DNA of 64,000 bases from the NCBI GenBank assembly GCA_032718475.1, contig JAUCBJ010008257.1, forward strand, positions 1 to 64,000. Direction: 5' to 3'. The translations under genes were made by a program, and so were the position numbers. The DNA is from Nemertoderma westbladi. Its lineage: Eukaryota > Animalia > Xenacoelomorpha. Shown piece after piece: positions 36,765 through 49,200 of this stretch (positions are counted from its first letter, which is position 1; each line of letters opens with the position of its first letter). The notes beneath the pieces are model-generated. The model made no database searches and had not been told where the DNA came from. It saw only the letters and a list, made by a program, of their open reading frames with translations.

Positions 36765-37722
36765 GGGAGAGTACTGACTCAGCTGTTACACCACACAAAT
36801 GCACTGGCAGGGAGAGTACTGGCTCAGCTGTTACACCACACAAATACACTCATAGGGAGAGTAGACCTACTGGCTCAGCTGTTACACCACACAAATACAC
36901 TGACAGGGAGAGCACTGGCTCAGCTGTTGCACCACACAAATACACTCATAGGGAGAGTAGGCCTACTGGCTCAGCTGTTACACCACACAAATACACTGAC
37001 AGGGAGAGTACTGGCTCAGCTGTTACACCACACAAATACACTCATAGGGAGAGTAGGCCTACTGGCTCAGCTGTTACACCATACAAATACACTGACAGGG
37101 AGAGTACTGGCGCAGCTGTTACACCACACAAATACACTCATAGGGAGAGTAGGCCTACTGGCTCAGCTGTTACACCACACAAATACACTGACAGGGAGAG
37201 TACTGGCTCAGCTGTTACACCACACAAATACGCTGACAGGGAGAGTACTGGCTCAGCTGTTACACCACACAAATACACTGACAGGGAGAGTACTGGCTCA
37301 GCTGTTACACCACACAAATACACTGACAGGGAGAGTGCTGGCTCAGCTGTTACACCACACAAATACACGATAGGGAGAGTACTGACTCAGCTGTTACACC
37401 ACACAAATGCACTGGCAGGGAGAGTACTGGCTCAGCTGTTACACCACACAAATACACTCATAGGGAGAGTAGACCTACTGGCTCAGCTGTTACACCACAC
37501 AAATACACTGACAGGGAGAGCACTGGCTCAGCTGTTACACCACACAAATACACTCATAGGGAGAGTAGGCCTACTGGCTCAGCTGTTACACCACACAAAT
37601 ACACTGACAGGGAGAGCACTGGCTCAGCTGTTACACCACACAAATACACTGACAGGGACAGTACTGGCTCAGCTGTTACACCACACAAATACACTGACAG
37701 GGAGAGTACTGGCTCAGCTGTT
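36765..37722. repeat. 45/51-bp tandem satellite, right block (remnants to about 37966)
   Basis: Same unit as 30140-31670; it resumes exactly after the TSD. Confidence 0.97.
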
Positions 37723-37767
37723 TTGGGTTGACCGGAACGACGCTTTTCGTGGTGTATTCATATATAC

Positions 37768-37901
37768 AGAGTTATTGCAGAAGGGGAAGGGTCTTTCACC
37801 ACGAGGATATAAATAATTTTTCTTTAATAAAAAAATAAATAATTATTTTTTGTTATTTATATCCACGTGGTGAAAGACCCTTCCCCTTCTGCAATAACTC
37901 T
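37768..37901. mobile_element. Hairpin MITE (about 50-bp TIRs)
   Basis: AGAGTTATTGCAGAAGGGGAAGGGTCTTTCACCACG... is inverted at 37866-37901, around an AT-rich spacer. Confidence 0.75.
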
Positions 37902-38389
37902 TTGAGAGTTCTGGCTCAGCCCTCAGCTGTTACAAATGCACTGACAGGGAGAGTACTGGCTCAGCAGTTAATTAACAAAGTAGACTATCATAATATAATG
38001 ATATCATGTTAGACAACCACGACTTTAGAGGGATTGTGATATTAATATGAAAACAATAAAATAGGACATGGGGTCTTATTTGGCTAGGTAGTATCTGAGG
38101 GAATACGACCCCATGTCCTATTTTTATTGTTTTCATAATAATAGAATGATGGTACGGCAGGGAAGGCCGTGTAATAATATTACTAATAATTATAATATGG
38201 CTCATATTACAAGTGCGCCACAATTAAACTTATTGAAATAATATCGAATTTTAAATGTTTAAAATTAATATTGTACTAAAATATAGACCAGATTGTAGCC
38301 TATTGAGAGATTCACACATAAACCGTTAACTTTCAAAATGAACTTAGTCCTATTCTATCTCATTCTCTTCCTATTCTATCAAAAGCGTC

Positions 38390-38530
38390 AAAATCAAAAT
38401 ATATTGATTTTCGTGCGCGTAAAAATCAAAATATATTGATTTTTGTGCGCGTAAAAATCAAAATATATTGATTTTCGTGCGCGTAAAAATCAAAATATAT
38501 TGATTTTTGTGCGCGTAAAAATCAAAATAA
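38390..38530. repeat. Short tandem repeat, about 32-33 bp x4, internally palindromic
   Basis: AAAATCAAAATATATTGATTTT(C/T)GTGCGCGTA repeated. Confidence 0.85.
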
Positions 38531-39162
38531 ACTTATTTTATGAGCGTATTAAATGGGTGCACAAAAAACAAAGTTCATTTTGATGTTTACGCGCGCAAAA
38601 ATGAAGTTTAGTTTGATTTTTATGCTCTACCTAACAACCAATCGTTTGAGGGCAGTTGAACTGTAGTTTTTGTAAGATACCTCACTCAGACAGTGCTAAA
38701 AACTACGTTTTGCATTTAGTTTTGTGTGTAATACTGTCGAGGTGATAATATTCATTTTTTTGTGTGTCATAAAGGATAGGTAAAATTATAACTCGAATAT
38801 ATTTACACAATGGGTATGCTATGCCATAGGGTCATTAGTTGTTAGTAAACCATGCTGGATCATTAATAAGTTTTAGCCATAAGTGTGTCATTTCCAAGAA
38901 ATTTAAAACGGTTTGAATTGGTTTAAATAATTTTTTATTTGGGTGATTATTAATCATTTATGGGAAAAGAGAGAGAGAGAGAGAGTGGGGGGGGGGGGGG
39001 GGGGGGGGGTCTCGCGTCACAATTAAAAGCTTATATATTTACCTAATTATGAATTTAATTTTAAATTTCGAAGCCTATAGATTAAGTCGTAACGATACGC
39101 AGACTAAACCTATTTATTTGCACAATTCTTTCACCAAAATAATCCCAATACAATAAATAGTT

Positions 39163-40662
39163 CTAACAATCCAACCGGCAAATCGGGTTATTGTAGATCA
39201 TTTGAAGATCAACTTTATGCCCGACGAGATCGCGAATGTTATTGATGCCGTATTTAATCATGGTGGGTCGTTCCAAAGAGAGACCCCAGGCGATAACAGA
39301 CACATCCTCGGGTAGACCCATAGGTAACAGCATCTCGGGACGAAAGACCCCGGAATTCCCGACCTCTACCCACTTACCCAACCCGTTATGGTACGAGAAG
39401 ACTTCCATAGAGGGCTCGGTGTACGGGTTGTACGCCGGTTTAAAACGAAGTTGCTCTATTCCTAGTTTCTTAAAGAACTCTTGTAGAAGACCCATGAGGT
39501 CTCCTAGGGTTAGGTTGTAATCTGCAACTAGACCTTCTATCTGGTGGAATTCTGCGAGATGGGTCGCGTCTAGGGTCTCATTTCGGAAGACCCTGTCGAT
39601 ACTGAAGTATTTAGCCGGAGTGAAACCCCCTGGTTGGTTGGCGAGGTTGTATAGCATGCGAGCCGAGGTACCGGTGGTGTGAGTACGAAGGATGTTCTTA
39701 CGGGCCTCGTCCAGTCGCCACGGGGACTGGTAGCCCAGGGAGCCGTAGCCCCCCTCCGAGTGGACCGAGGCGACGCGAGCGAGGTAGGCGGGGGGCAGCG
39801 AGTCGACCGGGGTGGTCGCGGGGTCCGCGAGGAAGAATGTGTCGTGTTGGTCGCGGGCCGGGTGCAACTGCGGTTGGAACAACGCGTCGAAGTTCCAGAA
39901 GGAGGAATCCACGAACGCGTTAGTCGGCATCTCCGAGAATCCCATCTCCAGGAAGATCTGCCGGAACTGGGTGCGAACCTTTAGCAAAGGGTGTAGATGT
40001 CCCCCGGACACTGGGAGTCCGAGCGCGTCGAAGTTGTACGGCTTGAATCGGAGATTTTTCCACGCGCCGGATGCAATCATCTCCGGAGATAAATCGGTTT
40101 CCGGGCGAACGGGATTCAAGGTGAATTCGGATCCTTTACTAACCGAATACGATTTAGTTTCGATTTGTTTTATCAACTTTCTTCTCTTCAAATCGTTAAG
40201 TTTTTTATCATCAATAACCCCATCGATACTCGTTGATTGCAATTGTTCTAGAATAACTTTGACGTCATCTGTTACCTCTCCGGTTTTCCGGTGTATTACC
40301 GCGTCGCCTGACGATTTATCCACTCGGAGCCATTTATTGGCCAACGCTTTAGATAAACCTATTTTACCGTTCGGTAGACTTTCCAATTGTTTTTGAGGAA
40401 TTCCGCCAGTTTCTGGGACTTTATTAAATATGTTAAACTCGTGGGAACCACCAGTAATGATATCGCTTCCCTCACCCGTAACCACCCATTGTCTCCGGTT
40501 TATTTGCTCGCTTTTCACGATGTCCCCCAACGATTGCAAACTCTTCACTGTCCCCACCACTAACTGATGATCAACCCCTTCTTTATTAGCGAAGTCGGAG
40601 GTATTCAGTTCAAGTCCTTCTGATAGAGAATTCAGGATAAGTTCTTCCAAACTGCCAGACAT
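39163..40662 (-). CDS. FARSA: Phenylalanine--tRNA ligase alpha subunit, cytosolic (499 aa, no introns)
   Basis: [89 protein letters not shown] and [12 protein letters not shown]. Confidence 0.98.
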   Translation of the reverse strand: MSGSLEELILNSLSEGLELNTSDFANKEGVDHQLVVGTVKSLQSLGDIVKSEQINRRQWVVTGEGSDIITGGSHEFNIFNKVPETGGIPQKQLESLPNGKIGLSKALANKWLRVDKSSGDAVIHRKTGEVTDDVKVILEQLQSTSIDGVIDDKKLNDLKRRKLIKQIETKSYSVSKGSEFTLNPVRPETDLSPEMIASGAWKNLRFKPYNFDALGLPVSGGHLHPLLKVRTQFRQIFLEMGFSEMPTNAFVDSSFWNFDALFQPQLHPARDQHDTFFLADPATTPVDSLPPAYLARVASVHSEGGYGSLGYQSPWRLDEARKNILRTHTTGTSARMLYNLANQPGGFTPAKYFSIDRVFRNETLDATHLAEFHQIEGLVADYNLTLGDLMGLLQEFFKKLGIEQLRFKPAYNPYTEPSMEVFSYHNGLGKWVEVGNSGVFRPEMLLPMGLPEDVSVIAWGLSLERPTMIKYGINNIRDLVGHKVDLQMIYNNPICRLDC

Positions 40663-41484
40663 TTTCTATGATTAGTCCGTTAGTGGGAACTCCTTTAATT
40701 GAGACGATTTCTTATTAGAAGAGTCTTATTACTGTATTACGGGATAGGACATGGGATAACAATTGCAATATTTCATATAATTAACTGAATAATACTGTAA
40801 TACCTGTACCGGTAAGTGCTGAAGGGTGAATGGGTGAATACAGCAAGGAAGTGTTACATCAACAACAACGGTTTAGTGTAATAGATTCACATTCCATTGT
40901 TACAGATTCCATTGTTGTTCTAATTGAGGTTGCAGACGTTACGCATACTGCGCGCTTTCGCACCCCCATGGCCTACTATAACAGTAGTAGGTCTGTTATA
41001 GTCACCATTAATAATTAATATAAGAAAAATGTTTTTAACAGATCGGAACCAATCCTCTAACTGTAATTACTTTTATATTATGAAATGCTACGAAGTTTGG
41101 TTTGGAATGATAGATCGACACAGTTTCTCCTGCTGGCTCGGACGTATTATTCAATTTTTTAATATTTTATTCAATTGAATATTTGTTCAATTTATTCAAT
41201 TTCCAAACCGATTACTCTAGCGGGAGACTTTAATTTTAGACAAGTAGACTGGACGTAAACCAAACAAGACGGGAGCTACGAGCTACAGTACTATACAATT
41301 GGTTACTTGGTGCTGGGTTATATTGGGACACAGTACAGTGACCCTATAACAATACCGACCTACATCTCATATGATGAAAGCAGTGTGCCAGCGTGCTGAT
41401 AGACCTGTCTTTCACATCAGAATCATATCACAACAAAAATAATCTTTCACATCATACATATCTATCCAATCATAGTAGACTGAC

Positions 41485-42935
41485 ATGTACAGAACAACAA
41501 GAGTCCCAAAAGAAATGAAAACAAATAAAGGTGGTGCCAGTTCCCAAGAAGGGCAACATAACACTCTAGAGGGTTCTTTTCGGGGAATCTCATTAATCTC
41601 GATTGCTGCAAAGCTATACAATAGAATTCTATTAAATCGTATCAGGGATCCCATTGAGAGACTGCTCCGTGAAAATCAGAATGGGTTCCGTAAAGGTCGT
41701 GGGACCATGGAGCCCATTTACTGTAGAAGGATAATGGAAGATTTATCAAAAAAGAAAGACAGGTATATGGCTGTTATCTTTGTTGACTTCTTCAAGGCCT
41801 TTGATTCAGTCTCTCGCTCACGTATGTTCAGCATACTTTCTTCATTATATGGGATTCCTGATGAAATTATTGCAGCAATCAGATCAGTATACGATGATGG
41901 TTCGACAACATTTGTGTCTACTGTTGACGGCGACACAGAACCATTTGAAGTGTTCTGGGGTGTCCTTCAGGGAGATACACTTGCGCCATTCTTGTTCATA
42001 CTTGTGGTTGACTATGTTCTGCGCATGTCCTTAGATCATCATAATGATGATGGGGTGATGGTAATTCCACATACTCGCTCCAGAAGTTGAGGTATTCCTG
42101 CCAAGTACCTAACTGATCGAGACTTTGATGATGACTTAGGAGTAGGCCTACTCTCAGAATCACTAGAGGGAGCCCAACGGCTCCTCGGCTCATTAGAACA
42201 GCCTGCTTCTAGTGTTGGTCTTTTCATAACTCCAAAAAGACCAAAATTTTGACAGTTAACTTTGAAAGTCCTCAGCAAGTCTCTGACCGGATGAGCATAG
42301 GCTCAAAGCATGGTATGCTTGAGCATTTGGACGACTTCTGTTACCTGGGATCATGGATCCGGAAGTCAGATGAGGACCTTCGAATGCGTAAGGGAAATGC
42401 ATGGGTAGCCGTGAATAGTCTTTCCAGGATTTGGAAGTCATATAGTATTAATCGGAAACATAAGGTCCGATTATTTAGAGCAGCAGTAGTTCCAGTACTC
42501 CCCTATGGGAGTCCATGCTGGGCTCTAACTGCTGAGGACACCAAATCTCTGGATGGCACATTTACAAGAATGCTACGCCGGGTTCATTGTGTCAAGTACA
42601 ATGCACACATCTCCAACCAGAAACTATATAACATTGGAGGTGTCTCATTGGTTCCTCCTAGCTTGACACTAGAACAAAGTCGCCTCCGCTTTGCAGGACA
42701 TTGCTTTCGCCGTGAGGACCAGCCAGTGCATAATCTTGTACTTTGGCAGCCTCATGGAGTGAATAAGCATGGTGGACAGCCCATTAATTTCTTGAGACGC
42801 ATCTTAAAGGACACTGGCCTTGAAGATGCGGATGATTTAGCAAATCTCATGGGTGATAGGGAGTTGTTGCGGCGCAATTTTGTCGACAAGCCGGCACAGC
42901 ATTCTTAAAAAGGCAGCTGCAATGCAGCATGCCGA
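41485..42935 (+). mobile_element. RTE-clade LINE, 5'-truncated, degenerate RT and C-terminus
   Basis: RGISLISIAAKLYNRILLNRI, QNGFRKGR, VDFFKAFDSV, GVLQGDTLAPFLF, decayed (F)ADD, FCYLGS and RLRFAGHC, with stops and frameshifts. Confidence 0.92.
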
Positions 42936-43122
42936 TCCTAGTAGTAGTACATCATAATCAATACTGCCCTCTACATCGACGTCGGTACTACGACAACAGT
43001 TAATAGTAAACACATGCGCACTCTGTTTGAGTTGGCCTTGGACACATGCTACCAAGAGAGAAACACCCGTCAACCTACGATAAGAAAGAAATCTGGACTA
43101 TGGAAAACTTACAGATCTCACA

Positions 43123-43550
43123 TGATTGATTGATTGATTGATTCGTTTTAAATCCTGTACAAGATATCCTATACATGATAAGCATACGACATTCTGTACC
43201 GGTACTACAATTAAGCATTCAATTTAAATCTATAATTAAACCGTAAAAAATAATTAATTATAGCAACTTTCAATAAACGGTATGCAGTTCATGTTAAAAC
43301 GGGATACAGTTCTTAAGTTAGATCAAAATATAAATAATCATAATTAATTAATTGTAGGTTGATTCTCTATTATATGATTCACTAAAACGTTGAGTTCGTA
43401 TAGCTGGTAAAATATATTCACTTCTGGTAGCAGGAACTGATTTGTTAATCACAAGCTGTTCGTGTTCATGTAGTGGGTGGTTCGAATCCTGTACAATTTT
43501 ATTTACAAAATCGACATAATTGCTTTTCAAAGGCAACATGAATTAACGAA
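43123..43550 (-). mobile_element. LINE 3' fragment (CR1/Rex-like) with (AATC)n tail
   Basis: DSNHPLH...LPAIRTQRF C-terminal motif; GATT repeats at 43123-43142. Confidence 0.5.
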
Positions 43551-43805
43551 ATATAGAGGTTCTTGTCGGGTTGCAGCCGAGGATTAGAACTCACAGACTT
43601 CACCAAATTATTCTCGCAGGGTGAACCACCTCAAATCCCAACCATTGATGAAAAGTGTACGCTTGACGAAACATTAATATTAATTAATTTATAATTATAT
43701 TATAATACTTACGCTACAATAATATAATAATATATACTATAATATACTTAATACCAGCCCCCCCCCCCCCCCCCCCAGCCGGCAATTTCGAGGGAAAAAA
43801 AGGAG

Positions 43806-44400
43806 AAAAAGGACAATCCACAGCCTGAAAAAAGGACAATCCACAGCCCAAAAATAGGAAAAAAGGACAACCCACAGCGTGAAAAAGGACAATCCACAGC
43901 CCAAAAATAGGAAAAAAGGACAATCCACAGCCTGAAAAAGGACAATCCACAGCCCAAAAATAGGAAAAAAGGACAATCCACAGCCTGAAAAAAGGACAAT
44001 CCACCGCCCAAAAATAGGAAAAAAGGACAATCCACAGCCTGAAAAAGGACAATCCACAGCCCAAAAATAGGAAAAAAGGACAATCCACAGCCTGAAAAAG
44101 GACAATCCACAGCCCAAAAATAGGAAAAAAGGACAATCCACAGCCTGAAAAAGGACAATCCACAGCCCAAAAATAGGAAAAAAGGACAATCCACAGCCCA
44201 AAAATAGGAAAAAAGGACAATCCACAGCCTGAAAAAGGACAATCCACAGCCCAAAAATAGGAAAAAAGGACAATCCACAGCCTGAAAAAAGGACAATCCA
44301 CAGCCCAAAAATAGGAAAAAATGACAATCCACAGCCCAAAAATAGGAAAAAATGACAAACCACAGCCCACAAAAAGGAAACGACACACTGCAGCCCAAAA
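43806..44400. repeat. 22/31-bp composite minisatellite
   Basis: Alternating AAAAAGGACAATCCACAGCCTG and AAAAAGGACAATCCACAGCCCAAAAATAGGA. Confidence 0.95.
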
Positions 44401-46294
44401 GCGAAACATATTATTATTACATATTTATATTTCCTGCTAATCTACACTCCAATTCGCATTTCAGTGTGCAATAATGGGCACGCCCAACGCCCATTGCCCA
44501 CATACATCCCCCAAAGTACTTATTCTAGTGTATATTTTCCATTTAATAAGTGCCGACATCGCCTGGTGTATGTAAAGTGGTGTATTCCCAAATCCCATAC
44601 GGTGCGGTCTCAGCACTGAGTTCCATATCACAACTGCTGATCTCTGATTGGTTCTTAATTCATGTTGAAATTACACTAATTACATAAATTAACATTACAT
44701 TAATAACATTAATTAATTAACACATTAATTCACATTGCTAGTGCCGAGACTGTATGGGGTTTGTAAATATGCCACCGGTAAACTGCATTTTAACACAGTC
44801 TGTCTGTGTACTAGAAAATGAAAATTGAAAGGGGGACTGGATCTGCGGATAGAGTGCAGTTGCGGATTCCCCCCCCCCCCCCCCCCCCCCGCAGACTGTA
44901 TCCGCGGGGGACAGATTCCACTGTTCTGTTATACTGGTACCCAATTGCACATACACTCTGGGCCTGTTACAATACAGTGAACACTCACTCTATGTACTAT
45001 TTATACCACAGTACATACACATACAGGTACCGGTATAAAGCAAAATTCCAGAAGAATTGTGTAGCGTAAGTAATTTTGTAAAAACCATCATTTTTAAGAA
45101 AAAATAAAATATAATGTCGATTTTACTCAAAAAAGTTAAAAAAGGACATTTAACTCCATAAATAAAGGAAAACAAAGGAAGATGAGAAAAAAAGAAAACT
45201 CTAGGGGGACTGAAATACACGTCCACGACCAAGATACTGGAGGCTGTTGATCATCCTGAACTCTACGTAGACGTGCTGCAGTACAATTTTTATCATCTAC
45301 GATTATCTTTAGGCCTACTCCTACCATTGTTTTGCTCGCATTGTTACGTTTTGCTCCACTAAATCCTGCTGGAGAGCCACGGACCTCGGAGCCTGAGCTG
45401 AGCTGAGGCACCGCGTGAAACCACATTGTATTGGAGTGTTCTTCATTACATACTGTAGATTAAACTCCACCATGGCGCTGGATCTATGCGCTATCCAGTC
45501 TTGATTAGAACAAATTCGACGGGATATTTAAATTATATTTGGTACTATTTTTAATGTGCATCAATTCCCCTTCTTATTACAACCGCATGTTCGGTTAATA
45601 AAGCATTATGATTATCTTTTTTTTTTTTTTATTTCGTAACAGGCTATTTATGTTCTTAATTGTATGAACTGAGAGAGAGTTCAATTTATGTTGTTTCTGA
45701 ATTTCATGTTTTTTAAACAGTGTTCTGAATCTCTTCCCTGCAAACAATTTAACGTTCAAATGGCGTTGAAAAACGAAAAATTTATAACAAATAAACGCTA
45801 GAATCTGACGTTAGTAAAAGTAGATCGAACGTTCGTTTGGCCGCTTTTGTGACGTTAAAATTACCCCCAAATCAACGTTGAATTTTACGTCAAATATATA
45901 TATTCCAACGTTATCTTTAACCGTTGAATTTGCAGTATATTAATCGTTAAACCAACTTCAGTTAATCAACAAAACTGACGTTAGATATCCATATTCCAAC
46001 GTTTATTTAATCAGGGATTTTCAGTTTTTCAGGCCACTAGGTAAATCTCACGTTACCTTACGTTGTACATTGCACATTATAATTATCTCATCAGCATTAT
46101 TAATACAACATATAGGCCTATAATATGTTATGTGAATTATAAATGAATGGAAACTTTATGTTTGAAACTGGAAACTTATTCATTTATTTATTTACATTAT
46201 AAATGAAATTATTACAAAATAATCAGATAGTTAGTTGACAGCACAGATACAGTCTATAGTTCGCATTGGCAAAAATAAGTCTTACTGAAACAAA

Positions 46295-49200
46295 TTACAA
46301 GTCCACATCCGCATCGTCACCATCATCGTCCTCATTATCGCTAATTGTCGATCCCGCGTCGTCTTTGCTGCATCGTTCTTTCGGTTTTCCGCGAGCCACA
46401 CTAAAAAAACAAAATAATTAATTAATCAACCAATTTACTGTAAACGAATTCCTGTATAATAATAATGTAATAACGTAAGTAAGTACTGTATGTATGTACT
46501 CAGCACCGCAAATTTATTAATTACTTGCAATTTAATGCAATGGCGATAAACAGTTTCAGAGCGTAATATTGTAGCAGAATGGATGCCATAATGTAGGCCT
46601 ACAGTACTAACCCAATCCCCCATAATGTAGGCCTACAGTACTAACCCAATCCCCCATAATGTAGGCCTACAGTACTAACCCAATCCCCCATAATGTAGGC
46701 CTACAGTACTAACCATTCCCCCATAATGTAGGCCTACAGTACTAACCCAATCCCCCATAATGTAGGCCTACAGTACTAACCCAATCCCCCATAATGTAGG
46801 CCTACAGTACTAACCAAATCCCCCATAATGTAGGCCTACAGTACTAACCAAATCCCCCATAATGTAGGCCTACAGTACTAACCCCATCCCCCATAATGTA
46901 GTCCTACAGTACTAACCCAATCCCCCATAATGTAGGCCTACAGTACTAACCCCATCCCCCATAATGTAGGCCTACAGTACTAACCCCATCCCCCATAATA
47001 TAGGCCTACAGTACTAACCCAATCCCCCATAATGTAGGCCTACAGTACTAACCCAATCCCCCATAATGTACGCCTACAGTACTAACCCAATCCCCCATAA
47101 TGTAGGCCTACAGTACTAACCAAATCCCCTATAATGTAGGCCTACAGTACTAACCCAATCCCCCATAATGTAGGCCTACAGTACTAACCAAATCCCCCAT
47201 AATGTAGGCCTACAGTACTAACCAAATCCCCCATAATGTAGGCCTACAGTACTAACCCCATCCCCCATAATGTAGTCCTACAGTACTAACCCCATCCCCC
47301 ATAATATAGGCCTACAGTACTAACCAAATCCCCCATAATGTAGGCCTACAGTACTAACCAAATCCCCCATAATGTAGGCCTACAGTACTAACCCAATCCC
47401 CCATAATGTAGGCCTACAGTACTAACCCAATCCCCCATAATGTAGGCCTACAGTACTAACCCAATCCCCCATAATGTAGGCCTACAGTACTAACCAAATC
47501 CCCCATAATGTAGGCCTACAGTACTAACCAAATCCCCCATAATGTAGGCCTACAGTACTAACCCAATCCCCCATAATGTAGGCCTACAGTACTAACCAAA
47601 TCCCCCATAATGTAGGCCTACAGTACTAACCCAATCCTAACTCATCTCAACCCTATCCCAATTATTACTCCACGCTCACACTACTAACCCAACCCCTTTC
47701 TGAAACCTAAACCAGCGTGAACCCTAACCAAACCTAACCCACCCCTGACCCAACTCAACAACAGTATTCATTGAATTAATAAAACGATTTCATTTAATTA
47801 CAGTAATACTTACTAATTATCCCCTCCAGGTCTATTGCTTGCCTGCCGAAAAAACGCCGATATAGCGCCATCCACCGCACCATCTTCAAAATCTTTGAGA
47901 AGAACAGCTCCTATATTACAAAATAATCATATATTTATAACAGATATCAATATTATGATTAAATCATATTTATTAAATATGATTTATAACAAATATTTAA
48001 ATCTTCCCTACACAGTATTAATTGGTACAATAGTATGATATTAATAGTAGGCCTATGCATATAGTTTATAGCAAAATAATGGTTAAACAACGGACGCAAC
48101 CCCCCCCCCCCCCCCCCCATATCTAACGATTACAAGAAATAACATTACACCCGTGCATACAGTACCGATTAAAACCGACTTTACAGCAATTTAATTTCAA
48201 AGTAATTTCCATGATATTAATAATTAATAATAATATTGCATTTAAAAATGATAGCGCTGGCCGATGGTATCCCTAGTTTACTTAATATTCTAGAATATTA
48301 TAATATCAAATAAATTTTTGTTGTCTTCTTTACACTCGCTCACTTCGTTCGTTCTTGTAACAAACCACTTGGTTCCACACAATTTAAGCGCTACATATTT
48401 ACAGACATGTATGTAAATATTTATTACAGTATTTACTTTACAATTAGTCTAAACAATAAACCATTTACGCTGCAACTTACGTGAAACTCCAATTCTTGGG
48501 TTTGAAACTGGCCGGTCAGAAATAGTCGCTGAGCGATCGAACATGGCTTGATGAGATTGACGGTCAATGATAATGGTTTGCGAGTGTGGGCGGTCGACAC
48601 TGGGCTGTGGATGTGGACGGCCAACTACCGTGGGATGTGAATGTGGACGGTCCAAAGTAGTGGACGATTGCGAAAAATCGAATGAGACCGGGACAGGTTG
48701 CGGGGCCAATGTGGATGGGGAGAAAGCGCGCCGAGAGCGTTCTTCATTGGAAAGTAGAGAGATGCTACGTGGTTCTAGTTGTCCAATATTCAGTATTGAA
48801 TTTGATTCACACTGCAAGTATTCATCACTTGGTAATTGCGAAAACTCAAGATCCTGTTGCACCACCGGCGGTGCAAGCGATGTTACATAAGGATACTCAG
48901 GAATTGCAGGGATGTTTCTGAAACCAATAACAGTAAATTCGGATGCTCGTGTCATATATAAAGTTTACATGACTATTATTTTATTCCAAAATTGTAACAT
49001 TACTTAACGCCGTTAGTATTTATAGCGAGTAGTTATTTAGCACTTTACAACCTTAGAGGACATTACATCATTGTATTGGCCTGTTCATTTAGTATTGTAT
49101 TTGGTGTTATTCTTTACGTGGTAACCATGACGGCGTTAAGTAATGTCACCCTAGTGGACATTACTTAACGCCGTCATTGGTTACCACGTAAACAAGAGGT

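Noticed and set aside
30125-37373. Repetitive His/Leu or Ser/Thr ORFs; CRISPR-like appearance
   Set aside because: Pure tandem repeats with no unique spacers or cas genes; frames are open because the units are multiples of 3.
39236-40396. Plus-strand ORFs overlapping FARSA
   Set aside because: Antisense shadows favoured by the GC-rich codon usage.
43714-44409. Hydrophobic 210-230 aa ORFs in all three minus frames
   Set aside because: Translation of a T-rich minisatellite lacking stops.
46588-47760. Possible telomeric or CRISPR array
   Set aside because: No spacers; CTAACC words are not arranged as canonical (TTAGGG)n.
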